A DNA stretch of 64,000 bases from Octopus vulgaris (Eukaryota). Positions 42,573 through 54,965 of the stretch are shown piece after piece. Each line of letters starts with the position of its first letter. Position 1 is the first letter of the stretch. The position numbers and the translations under genes are program-made. The stretch covers positions 1,054,001 through 1,118,000 of the forward strand of contig OX597818.1 in assembly GCA_951406725.2 (NCBI GenBank), read 5' to 3'. The notes beneath the pieces were generated by a model. It saw only the letters and a program-made list of their open reading frames with translations, made no database searches and was not told the DNA's origin.

Positions 42573-42857
42573 AGTATTATGTATGTATATATCTATATCT
42601 ATGTGTGTATGTGTGTACTAACTGGATGTGTATATACTAACTGTTGTATAGACTGACTGGTATATATATTTATACTAACTAAAAATGTATATATTTAGTG
42701 ACTTATATATACTTATTGATATATGTATATGTACTAACTGGACTGTATATACTAACTGTATGTATATACAAACTGAAAGATAGATAAGTGAGGCCAACAA
42801 TCTAAACTACTGCAAGTTTTAATTATGGTCAACAGCTCAAATAAAATAAAATATTAA

Positions 42858-43047
42858 TTTCAAATTTTGGCACAAAGACAGCAATTGCGGGTGAAGGGTA
42901 AAGTCAATGACACCGACCCCAGAGTACTTATTTTATCGACTCCGGAGGATGAAAGGCAAAGTCGACCTTTGCGAAATTTGAACTCAGAACGTGAAGATGG
43001 ACAAAATGCCGCTAAGCATTTCCCCCGGTGGGCTAACGAATCGCCTG
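42858..43047 (-). mobile_element. SINE family A copy (diverged)
   Basis: ggatgaaaggcaaagtcgacc...tttgaactcagaacgt. Confidence 0.75.
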
Positions 43048-43546
43048 AAAATGAAATAAAATAAAATAAAATATTAAAGAATAAAAAAAATGCCTTGGTT
43101 TCATATTAAAACTATCTGGAAATGCTTGTTGTTAGTTTTTCTGTGTCCCTTTGTACTTGAGAAATTACAGAAGTTGAAACAGTGTAAAATTAGTCAAAGT
43201 TGTTCCAGATCATCTCTGATTAAAGTAGTTCCAACCATGACCATCTCGTTTTTTTTCAAATTTAATGCGAGACCGCGTTGTCCATTGTGGTGTTTCATTC
43301 TTTATTTGAAACTGTAATATGTAATTGGATGGAGATTTGGCTGCTATTTCTAGCGACCATTTAGAGGCTTCCTTATTGGCTATGAGTATAAGGACCTTGC
43401 AGCAATATTCCTATCTCCCAGTTTGGTTGAGTCAAGAAATATTTAGTGTCTTACTGAAAGAGGCAGCTCAATTCCAGGCTTCTAATAGTGAATGCCCGAC
43501 TTGGTTATACTACTCTTTAGAAATAATAACCACTACTTCAAATCCG

Positions 43547-44605
43547 GATCTTTTCAGTTTGGCTGCCAATTTTCGAAAATCCAAAGTTTATTGAAAATTT
43601 TAAAATTTGGTTCATTAATGTAGTTTTCCAAACTGAATCTCAGGAGATATTTCACTTTTTCCAGAAATTGTTTTAAAATTTTGATGATTTTCATCCAGTA
43701 AGAAAACAGGATTTGGCAGCTGTTATTTTGTGCGTGACAGCACGAGTTGTGATCTTTTTTTTTATTTTTTGGAATTTTTAGAAAATTTTTGCGAATTCGG
43801 TATTTTCAATAAATACACAAAATCCGTTTTAAGGGTTACATACTTTGTACTGTTGTTATTGGATTAGCGAAACAATGAGAACGGAACCAAGAGATAAGCC
43901 CCGCTTTCAGGTATACATAATACTGTCATATAAAATCGTCTTCTAGATTTTATATTTTTCCATCTTTTCTAACTTTGTGTCACCTACGCGTGCATCCTCA
44001 AGCATGGCAATATTCATGACCTTACTTACCTTTTTCCCTTTATCAGCCACAACATTGTATGGTCTCCGAGTATCAATTAAGGATTCACATTGGATTGTAA
44101 AATCCCACAAAAATGTCAGGTATACATAATACTGAAATACGCATAAAGTAAACTCATGCAGACAAATATATTAATAAAACAAATAAAAAAAAAATTAAAC
44201 CATACAATCAAGGAAGAAGCAAAAGAAACAGTAAGATGATACATGTTAATTTTATTAAGTATTTCTGTTTATTTAAAAACCTACAAAGAACAGGTCAAAT
44301 GCTAAGCTCTAAATTTCAAAGTTGACCTTTGCGAAATTTGTCTCGCCATTGGTTAAAATTATACAGTCTTTTCAATTTTTAAACCACTATAACTTTTTCT
44401 CTAATTTTTTCCTCCACAGCATCATACCTTCAAAGCAATGAGAATGGAAGGTTACATTGTTATAGCCGATTTTCAGACTTTTTACTGTCTTTGAAAAAAT
44501 GCATATTTTGCGAATGAAAAAATCTAGATCCCATTATAACGAATATGAAATCAATTTGAGCAGGAATTGAAGAGATTGAAAATCGGCAGCCAAACAGAAA
44601 AGATC
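43547..44605. mobile_element. Possible MITE with inverted ends
   Basis: gatcttttcagtttggctgccaattttc versus gaaaatcggcagccaaacagaaaagatc; true termini and TSD not resolved. Confidence 0.35.
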
Positions 44606-44787
44606 TTCAAATTCTATATAATAGATAGTGTGGTTTGCGTATGATGCTGGGTCACCCTGTTGCTTGTGAAACGAAGGAGCTGCACTTAACACAGGTAAGT
44701 TTATGTATTGAAAACTAAAAATTGTCCATGTCTGTTGTCCAAAAGAAGGCAAAGCCCGATATATCTTGGCACCACTACAATTATCTT

Positions 44788-44853
<66 letters not shown>

Positions 44854-46241
44854 CACCACCACTACTACTACTACCACTAATGCTGCTGCTGCTAGTCGCT
44901 ACTAGTACATTTCTACTATAAACATTCTATACCTTTATTAGCCCAGTCAGCCTCAACGAGTGACGTAGCAAGCATTATCAGTGCCCAAGAGTGAAAGTGG
45001 GGGTGAGTGGGGTGTTGCGGGTGCAAAGACACTTTCATCGTTACCACCTTAATTAACAGGTGTGTATAACGCGATGAAAATTTGTACCCCTCTTCTCGCC
45101 TGCACCCAGAAGGGAAGCTTTTCCCGAACCTCTTCTTGCAACTCTGTCAGTTTCTCTTTCTCTGCCCTCAACTCCTGTTCCTTCTGTTAATTCCTCTACT
45201 CAGTCAATTCTCCCACTTGTCGAGCAGGTTTAAAACACTGTTACACTCGTTTAACAACATTCCCGTACTGATACATAGGAAGGAACAGCTTTCTCCACCT
45301 CTCTGTCCTCCCCTATTTTCATCACACCAACCACTCCTTCACCAAAATACTACACAACTTTCATACCCGCATCCTCATCTTTTATCACCTCCTTCTGAGC
45401 TCTTCTATTAAACACTGTTTTATCTTGAGCCACCGAGGCAACCTCAAGTTACCAGAGATAGCAGCCAAATTTTCTGAAATCGAACTCAGCTGGCTTAAAC
45501 AGAAAGCTGACTTAAGTAGAGCTGACTTAAACAGATAATGTTGTCCTAGATATCCTTAAATAACGAGATGGTTATGGCAAGAATGGTTTTGATCTTAGGT
45601 CTATTTAATCAAGCTTGATCTGGGACTAAACAACAATAACTGTTTCATATCTTCGGGGAAAGACAGTAACTATTTCAAATCTTTCTCTTCCCTGCTAGAA
45701 ACAACAACAGAATAACCCTTAAATTAAGTTTGAATGAAAAAAAGGATGGTCACGGCCGGAGTGATGAATTTATATTTTATTTTTTGTAGTTTAGTTTCAG
45801 ATCGATCCGGTTCCAACAGACCTATGATTAAAAAGTGCTTTATGTTCTATTTGATATTGCTGCTATTTCTAATAATTCAAGAGACAACTTCGAGACTACT
45901 TCATTGACCAGTATAGATTTAGTGACAAGTAAACGAGGATTGGACTATAATAATGTGTTGACATGTTTAATTATTATTTTTTTTTGAGAATTATATATCC
46001 AACATTGACAGGAAATAAGAGTGAATGAAAATCGAACCCATGTCCTCATTATAGATAAGTCATTGTTAAAACTGCTATACTAGTAATAAACTCTCAGATA
46101 AATATCGACTTCGTATTATCTGACGTGTGTGATAAGGTCATGTCCAGTGTACTTGTCTGGTATTTTACTTTTATTGAAAGGAGGAAACGTAAACCCGACC
46201 TCAACAGTATTTGAGCACACAACGTCAAAGATTGTAACTAA

Positions 46242-46332
<91 letters not shown>

Positions 46333-46627
46333 CACAGACTTTTCTGGTATCTAACGCCTTTCCTGCTGAAATAATAATGGAAACATTCTGAAAATAGAAT
46401 AAAGTAAACAGAACAAGAAAGATAGTTGAAGAGATGAAAAATGAAGTAAATACAATAAAATATGGATTGTATTAGATCTGGAGTTGAAATCTAAACCAGA
46501 AGGTGACTTACGTCAAAGATTTGGATATATGTATGTGTATGTGCATGTGGGTGTTCATGTATGTATGTATGTATGTATAATTTTCCTTTACGGTAAAACA
46601 TTGCAAATAGCTGTTTTCATTAATTTT

Positions 46628-46680
<53 letters not shown>

Positions 46681-46681
46681 A

Positions 46682-47229
46682 AATAATAGAAATATTAAAA
46701 TTACTAAGTCTCTCTAAAAGAGATTACGGCAGCGTTACTGGAAATTAATTGTTATCGCCATATTAATATGGCAGTCTTATAGATATAAGACTAAAAGCTG
46801 TCGCTGATTAGCTCCATGAGGCCATCGCCTTAAGATAGCTATTTGATACACAAACTGTATCCATTATAACCTTCGAACAAGGGAGGTCAGCCGCTTCACA
46901 CTGCTAGTCAGACAGCTACAGACGCGTTTCAGGGTATTTGCCCTTTGTCAATGTAGCGTAGTCGACCCGTCGCCACTGATCGTCTCTGTTCGAAGGTTTT
47001 ATTTACCTAGTTTCGGTGGAATACATCCACTTGTTTTCAATAATAGAAATATTAAAATTACTAAGTCTCTCTAAAAGAGATTACGGCAGCCTTACTGGAA
47101 ATTAATTGTTATCGCCGTATTAATATGGCAGTCTTAGAGATTTAAGACTAAAAGCTGTTGCTGATTAGCTCCATGAGGCCATCGCCTTAAGATAGCTATT
47201 TGATACACAAACTGTATCCATTATAACCT

Positions 47230-47232
<3 letters not shown>
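46682..47232 (-). mobile_element. Retrozyme-like tandem repeat, 357-nt unit (~1.5 copies)
   Basis: taatagaaatattaaaattac recurs at 46684 and 47041; non-coding; contains a hammerhead; lies between (TA)n and (GT)n. Confidence 0.75.
46915..46957 (-). ncRNA. Type I hammerhead ribozyme, U3:A8 core variant
   Basis: gctaca-TTGACAA-AGGG caaata CCCT-GAAAC GC GTC-tgtagc; perfect 6-bp stem I, 4-bp stem II, palindromic stem III, GUC cleavage triplet. Confidence 0.78.
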
Positions 47233-47283
<51 letters not shown>

Positions 47284-47384
47284 TTTTTTTTTTTGGATTT
47301 TTTTTTTGATTTTTCCAGTTTCAGCTTATGAGCTGTGGCCATGCTGGGGCACCGCCCCATTTATATATATATATATATATAAAA

Positions 47385-47699
47385 TCTTTTATTCTTTTAT
47401 TTGATTCAGTCATTTGACTGCGGCCATGTTGGAGCACTGCTTTTTAGTCGAACAGATCGGCCTCAGGATTTACTTTTTGTAATCCAAGTACTTATTCTGT
47501 CGGTCTCATTTGCCAAAGCGCTTAGTTACGGGGACGTAAACACACAAGCATCGGTTGTCAAGCGATAGTGGAGACACACACACACACACACACACACAAG
47601 CACACATATATATACGACAGACTTCTTTCGGTTTCCGTCTGCCAAATTCACTCACATGTGGTTTGTAAGCAAGCTATTTGCCACACAGCCTCTCCTGCG

Positions 47700-47702
<3 letters not shown>
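47385..47702 (-). mobile_element. SINE family B copy (internally deleted)
   Basis: Reverse complement of the family B tail and head. Confidence 0.8.
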
Positions 47703-47737
<35 letters not shown>

Positions 47738-47769
47738 TATATATATATATATATGCATATATATGTATA

Positions 47770-47858
<89 letters not shown>

Positions 47859-48041
47859 GTATATATATGTATATATATGTATATATATGTATATATATAT
47901 ATATATATTTATTTTATATAGAGGGTAATATTATTCATAGGTACCGCACGCTAGGAGGGACCTTTGCAGTCAAAACTACTAAAATAAACAAATTTCACCG
48001 AATGCAAAACTTCAAAGCAAGTCATTTAAAAACAGAATTTA

Positions 48042-48105
48042 GTTACATATCACCTGTGATTTCGCAATCAATGCAGAATATGCATTCTATGCTCTTCAGT
48101 GCAAC
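48042..48105 (-). ncRNA. Type I hammerhead ribozyme (inverted copy)
   Basis: Reverse complement of 48558-48621. Confidence 0.82.
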
Positions 48106-48557
48106 GAACTCAAGACATGTAAGAAAAAACACAAGATAGCATACCCGACAGTCAACCGTAGAATTCGTCGTAGCATGTACTAATGTTTATCTTTACATAT
48201 CTATGAAAATGGCGGGCTTATTCGCAATGCATTTCGGTAACAATTTGCCTATTCGGAACAAAAATTCAGTATTGAACTATTCCGGTGAAAAATATAAATT
48301 TAAAATTAAGGATAAAATCTTTATAAGAAATTATCAGTAGTTATCATGTGCGCTTACGCGTGAATTTATATTTTTCACCTGAATAGTTCAATACTGAATT
48401 TTTGTTCCGAATAGGCAAATTGTTACCGAAATGCATTGCGAATAAGCTCGCCATTTTCATAGATATGTAAAGATAAACATTCGTACATGCTACGACGAAT
48501 TCTACGGATGGCTGTCGAGTATGCTAGTTTGTGTTTTTTCTTACATGTCTTGAGTTC

Positions 48558-48621
48558 GTTGCACTGAAGAGCATAGAATGCATATTCTGCATTGATTGCG
48601 AAATCACAGGTGATATGTAAC
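48558..48621 (+). ncRNA. Type I hammerhead ribozyme, canonical core
   Basis: GTTGCA-CTGAAGA-GCA..TGC-GAAA-TCAC ag GTGA-TA-TGTAAC; stems I, II and III all pair; AUA triplet with cleavage predicted after 48615. Confidence 0.82.
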
Positions 48622-48859
48622 TAAATTCTGTTTTTAAATGACTTGCTTTGAAGTTTTACATTCGGTGAAATTTGTTTATTTTAGTAGTTTTGACTGCAAA
48701 GGTCCCTCCTAGCGTGCGGTACCTATGAATAATAGTACCGTCTATATAATATAAATAAATATTTTCAAAGTGGAAAAATTTACAGTTTTTTTCTCTTACG
48801 AGGTTTTTCACGCTAACTACTGATAATTTCTTATAAAGATTTTATCCTTAATTTTAAAT

Positions 48860-48951
<92 letters not shown>

Positions 48952-48966
48952 ATATGTATGTATATA

Positions 48967-49041
<75 letters not shown>

Positions 49042-49143
49042 ATAGAAATGGTAAGACAACAAAAGAAAGAAAGAGAACACGATATTATGAAAATAGAGGA
49101 ATTTATCTGTAAATGTAATATGTGACAATTATTCGGTAGCTAT

Positions 49144-49203
49144 GATAAAATCCGAGTTTCGGAAGTCGGGGTGGAAATCCACGCCGCCATCTCTTCAGTT
49201 ATC
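49144..49203 (-). ncRNA. Hammerhead-like motif with long stem II (imperfect stem III)
   Basis: gataa-CTGAAGA-G..gtgga tt tccac..C-GAAACTCGGATT-ttatc; stem I gataa/ttatc. Confidence 0.55.
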
Positions 49204-49426
49204 TGGCCATCGGAAAAAATGCTATGAAAATGATTGTTAAAGAAAGGGAAATTACTGTGTGATTGACCGTTATTAAGACAAAAGAGCTATTTGAATGACT
49301 GCTAAGTGAGAGGAGGGAGTAAAAGTAAGGGGATAAAAATGTTCATGTAAGCAAATGGACATGTGCGCTTACGCGAATACTATGAACATACACATATATA
49401 TGTACCTCATACATACACACACGCAA

Positions 49427-49461
<35 letters not shown>

Positions 49462-49799
49462 CATATATATGTATATATGTATACATATATATGTGTATAT
49501 ATATATGTGTATATAAGTTCAGCAAAATTTAGATTCAGATGAATATGGTACTTAAGTTAAAGGCACCAAAATTTGGTATGGTATTATCCATATAAATCAA
49601 ATGGGGTGATTATAATCTAAATAAGCAACAAGGATATCCAAGGTAGTGTAGTACAATCGTTATAAGTATAAAAAGTTTAAGCTAGATAAAATAAATACAA
49701 ATAACAATATAAAAATCTCTCCCACTGATAAAAAACCTAATAAATATTTATATAGGACTAAAGAGAATAACAAAACTCTAAAGGATATAGATAGCATTA

Positions 49800-50760
49800 A
49801 TCTTTCTCACCCTTACTCAAATAAAAGATTCAAAATAAAAAATGTGGTATGGCTAAATATTCCCTTCAACTGGGCAATTTCTATGAACATATACGGCAAA
49901 CTAATGTCCATACTAGAAACAAACTTCTCTGCTTCCCATAAGTATTATAAAATAATTTCTAGTAAATCAGTGAGAATATCATACTATACTCTTCCAAATA
50001 TGGGTACCATAATAGCTAGACTAAATAGAAAAAATATTAAGTTAGCCAGAAATGTTATAAATAACAACAACAACAATAATAATAATAATGATAATAGTAA
50101 TAATAATAATAACATTAATATAAACAATAATAATAATAATATCGATAATATAAATGATAATAATAAAAATGTGGAAAGTGAGGAAATAGAGAAAAAATTA
50201 GTAACAAACAACCCTAATTTACATAACAATATAATTATAGATAAGGGAAATAACGCTAATGTTAATAATAGCTCTAATAATAAAGATGAAAACAGCTTGT
50301 TCCTAAATAATACTAATATCAGAAATCATCTCTCCCAGTTGTAATTGTAGAATTAGATCAAGATGTCCGGTATCTGGTCGGTGTCTGGTTCAAAACGTAA
50401 TTTATAGATGTACAGTAATGACTTCAAATAATAGCTAGTTTTATTTCGGATGTTCGATAGACCTGAAAATCGCTTGAACAATCATTTCTCTAGTTTTAGA
50501 CTTAAACATAAGGCGGGTTGCACAACGTTGTCCAGTAAAATTTGGGAACTGAAAGGAAAAAATATCGAATTTAACCTAAAATGGGATATAATAAGAAAGG
50601 CACAGCCTTATAAAAATAGTAGAGATGGATATGAACTTTGTTCTATGGAAACATTAAATTTTGGAACATAGGAATAATATAAACTTATTGATTAACCGTT
50701 CTGATCTAAGATTATCCTGCATACATTGTGCCACCCGTACTTTTAAGTATTTAAATAATA
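49800..50760 (+). pseudogene. Naiad-like PLE C-terminal fragment (thumb, Cys linker, GIY-YIG)
   Basis: VWLNIPF..ISYYTLPNM, CNCRIRSRCPVSGRCLVQNVIYRCTV, RLNNHFSSF..TTLSSKIWELK..KWDII..ELC; Asn-rich AAT expansion in the linker; frameshifts. Confidence 0.75.
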
Positions 50761-51559
50761 GCATTTTGACTATTCCTAAATTTTCAAATCTTAATGTTTT
50801 GTAACCAAATAAGGAAATAATAAACCATACTAGCTTTTATTTAACCTGCATAGATTATTAAGAAATTTTATAATATAACTAAATTGAATAAAGTGAAATT
50901 AAAATATTTTGATACTTTCCTATATAGGATTGCATAAATTCCATATATCTAGTGAAATTATTTGGTTCATCTTGATTACCTCCCTTGCATTACATTTTTT
51001 ATATATCTTATAGGCTCTTGATATATAAAGTTTGGCTGTATGTAATGTCTGTTTTCTCGAACAGCCGCTCCTACTGAGTACTGCTGTTGGTTTATTTCTT
51101 ATACATAAAGGACTATAGCTTCAATTGCGTACTGCTTTTTGATTCACCGTAAGGTTTGTTGTTATTATTATTACTGTTTAACTATTGTTATCACGTTTGT
51201 TGGTTCCTCGTAAGGAAAACGTTGTTGTGTTGCATTTGTTAAATAATTGTAAACTGTAACCCTCCCCCTTTGGGAGAAGGAGCTTTGGTTATTGTTTAAA
51301 CATTGAATTGTATCCCTGTTTGGGGACACAATTCAATTTTGACAATTTTTTCGCCGTTTATACGGAAGCATTTTTGTTAAAATGCTTTCGATAAAAGAAA
51401 GTCCAAAAATGAATTTCGCTGCAGCCGTCGGCGGGCGCGAACTCATTAAAATTAAAATGGAAGAAATACAAGCCTATTTCGGATTGATCACAAACAAAGA
51501 CGGTGAATCTAGGATAACACCACCAAACGAAATAAAAAATTAAATTAAAGAAAAGACTA

Positions 51560-51900
51560 TTGTCTATAAAGTATACAATATAGAGAAGAAAAAAAGATTT
51601 GAACACCTGGAGGAAAGCACCATCGAAAAGTGTCTTGGTGCGACTATGAAAGATATCTAACTAGAGGCGGTAAATTCGCCACAATAGAAGCAAGGTTCGA
51701 GTCAACGGAGCGTGCAATGAGTACTCGACTCGAACCTTGCAAAGTGGAAATATATTTTTACCTTTATATCTGGGTCGTAGGACGTCCCGGATAAAAATTT
51801 AAAATGTCCCCCCAGAAGTAGAGGTAGGCTGGATTGTAGCCGCACTTCTATACAAGAGGGAGGACAAGATACAATTGATCGAAATTACAAGAGACGAGCC
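51560..51900 (+). pseudogene. Possible Tx1-like ORF1 remnant
   Basis: LPLYLGRRTSRIKI*NVPPEVEVGWIVA loosely resembles the ORF1 remnant near 31.1-31.2 kb. Confidence 0.35.
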
Positions 51901-52261
51901 TACAATTCCAGTCTGTTATATATTTTGAGTATTGTTATCACTAGCGATATCAAGATATAACTTTGTAATTTGTATTTTATGTGTAGATGTATATATATAG
52001 CTGTACATGTAATATGTACACATATATATATACACATATATACATGCTCTAGCACTATGACCCGGCAACGACGGGTCATAATGCTAGTCTATATATATAT
52101 TGTGTGTGTATTTACACGCACAAACACACACATACACACATATATGTATGTATATAAGAAAAATACGTAATACATACATACATACCCACGTAGAAAAGTA
52201 TGTATGGAATGCGTCTTGCAGATTGTTTATATGTAGCAAAGAGAAATATGTTGCATTAATT

Positions 52262-52690
52262 CTTTTCTTTTATCGTTATACTTGTTTCAGTCATTTGACT
52301 GCGGCTATGCTGGAGCACCGTCTTTAGTCGAGCAAATCGACATCAGGACTTATTCTTTATAAGCCTAGTACTTATTTAACGTTCTCATTCGCCGAACCGC
52401 TAAGTTACAGGGATGTAAATACACCAGCGTCGGTTATGAAGCAATGTTGGGGGACAAACACAGACAAACACAGACACACACGCACACACACAGATATATA
52501 CACGACGGGCTTCTTTCAGTTTCCGCCTACCAAATTCGCTCACAAAGCTTTGGTCGGCCCGAGGCGATAGTAGAAGACACTTACCCAAGGTGCCACGCAG
52601 TGGGACTGAACCCGGAACCATGTGGCTGGCAAGCAAGCTACTTACTACACAGCCTGTCTCGCGCCTACAGCCACTCCTGCGCCCACATCC
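52262..52690 (-). mobile_element. SINE family B copy
   Basis: gtagaagacacttacccaaggtgccacgcagtgggactgaacccggaacc is the reverse complement of the family head and core. Confidence 0.85.
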
Positions 52691-52850
52691 ATTCCAACGC
52701 CTAACAAATTACTTTTCAATATGGCACAACTAAAATGCACCCACTACTTATATTATTTGATTTCACGTCCAGATTATGTAATTAAACTTAAATACTTACC
52801 GATTCAACAGGGAAATAAGACAGTAATGAAACCTGATCATACATACCAGT

Positions 52851-53008
52851 GTAGGAGCAGGCATGGCTTCCAAACCTCATGGTTCCGTGTTCAGTCTCAT
52901 TGCGTAACCCCTTGGACAAGTGTCTTCTACTATAGCCTCGGTCTGACCAAAGAGAATGGATTTGGTTGACAGAAACTGAAAGAAGCTCTGTCATATATAC
53001 ATATATGA

Positions 53009-53039
<31 letters not shown>

Positions 53040-53335
53040 TGTATGTATGTATGTATGTATGTATGTATGTATGTATGTATGTATGTATATATGTATGTAT
53101 GTATGCATGTATGTATGTATGTGTCTTAGTGTCTGTATTTTTCCCTCACCGCATCTTGACAACCGGTGGTGTGTTTACGTCCTCGTAACGTAGCCGTTCG
53201 GCAAAAGACACGGATAGAATAAATACCAGGTTCAAGAAATTTAGTACTGGGTTGATTCATTCGACTAAAAATTGTTCAAAGCAGTGCCCCAATATGGCCG
53301 CAGTCTAATGATTGCAACAAGTAAAAGATAAACAA
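52851..53335 (+). mobile_element. SINE family B copy with (TATG)n expansion
   Basis: ccttggacaagtgtcttctactatagcc core; gtgccccaatatggccgcagtc tail. Confidence 0.8.
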
Positions 53336-53400
53336 ACATACCATCGCTTGACAACCGATGTTGGTGTGTTTGTGTTCACGTAACTTAGCGGTTCGACAAA

Positions 53401-53452
<52 letters not shown>

Positions 53453-53456
<4 letters not shown>

Positions 53457-53866
53457 CTTTATTGTCCACGAGGAGCTAAACATAGAGGGGGAAACAAGGA
53501 CAGACAAAGGGATATAGTCGATTACATCGACCCCAGTGTGTAACTGGTGCTTTATTTATCGACCCCGAAAGGATGAAGGGCAAATTCGACCTCGGTGGAA
53601 TTTGAACTCAGAACGGAATGGCAGACGAAATACCTATTTCTTTACTGCCCACAAGGGGCTACACACAGAGGGGACAAACAAGGACAGACAAACGGATTAA
53701 GTCCATTATATCGACCCCAGTGCGTAACTGGTACTTATTTAATCGACCCCGAAAGGATGAAAGGCAAAGTCGACCTCGGCGGAATTTGAACTCAGAACGT
53801 AACGGCAGACGAAATACCGCTAAGCATTTCACCCGGCGTGCTAACGTTTCTGCCAGCTCGCCGCCT
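53453..53866 (-). mobile_element. SINE family A dimer
   Basis: Two reverse-complement cores ending in ctgccagctcgccgcc. Confidence 0.88.
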
Positions 53867-54145
53867 TATATAGCCTTGTACTAGGCTTACACTCTCTCTC
53901 ACTGGTTCTCTCCACACACATACACACACGCACGCACACACACACACACACACACACGCACACACACACACATACACACACACTCACACACACACATACT
54001 GGTTTTAACAATACCAGTTCTTGAATTGAAAGATTTAAATATTGTCATTTATTATTTTATTTCAGATAAACAAACCCACCCTTACTCCCCTTGTCACTTA
54101 TACTTGTTCCTTCTTCCCATGTATTTATATACAAACACACAAAGA

Positions 54146-54372
54146 CGGCGAGCTGGCAGAAACGTTAGCACGATGGGCGAAATGCGTAGCCGTATTTCGT
54201 CTGCCGTTACGTTCAGAGTTCAAACTCCGCCCGGTCGACTTTGCCTTTCATCCTTTCGGGGTCGATAAATAAAGTACCAGTTACGCACTGGGGTCGATGT
54301 AATCGACTTAATCCGTTTGTCTGTCCTTGTTTGTCCCCTCTGTGCTTAGCCCCTTGTGGGTAGTAAAGAAAT
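54146..54372 (+). mobile_element. SINE family A copy
   Basis: Family head plus core; inverted relative to the copy at 53453-53866. Confidence 0.88.
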
Positions 54373-54717
54373 ATATATGCAAACATACACTGCAGGACAG
54401 GGAAATCAGTGAATGTGAATAACCTTTCTCCAACGATTACCTGAGGAAGGGTTTCCTTACTATGAAATACTGAAATACTAGGTAATGCCATCGACTTGTT
54501 TTACCTTATAAACTATTGTTTTGGCTTAAAAAATACATACAATTTTAAATGTTGATGTACATGCAACAATGGTCCATGGAATCAATATTATTCTAATATA
54601 TATACTTTTTATTAAAGCAGCAAAATTATCACAGAACTGTTACCCAGAGTTTCACGCTACCCTTCGAGGGACAGTTTTGATAAATACTGAATTAAAATCA
54701 CAATGTACACACACACG

Positions 54718-54839
<122 letters not shown>

Positions 54840-54965
54840 CACATGAATACATCATAAACACACATATAATCTGGGTAAAAAAATTATTGTGTGCTCTGCG
54901 AGGCATCTGTACGGTTAACGGTTAACAAACGCGATCACGCAGCGGGACTTTTGTTACTGGATATA

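Larger units (their letters stand above)
47905..48863. repeat. Long inverted duplication of a 494-nt hammerhead-bearing monomer
   Basis: ~47905-48300 is the near-perfect reverse complement of 48363-48762; 48294-48343 is the reverse complement of 48814-48863. Confidence 0.92.

Noticed and set aside
39335-43935. Simple inversion between the inverted duplicates
   Set aside because: The LINE remnant stays collinear on both sides of the 39-kb duplicate, so a single inversion does not explain it
46682-47232. CRISPR-like or prokaryotic repeat array
   Set aside because: Only ~1.5 long tandem units, with no repeat-spacer pattern, no cas genes and a eukaryotic context
50330-50740. Selenocysteine (UGA) recoding as reported for some Naiad PLEs
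   Set aside because: The conserved linker Cys positions here are TGT/TGC, not TGA, and the copy is decayed
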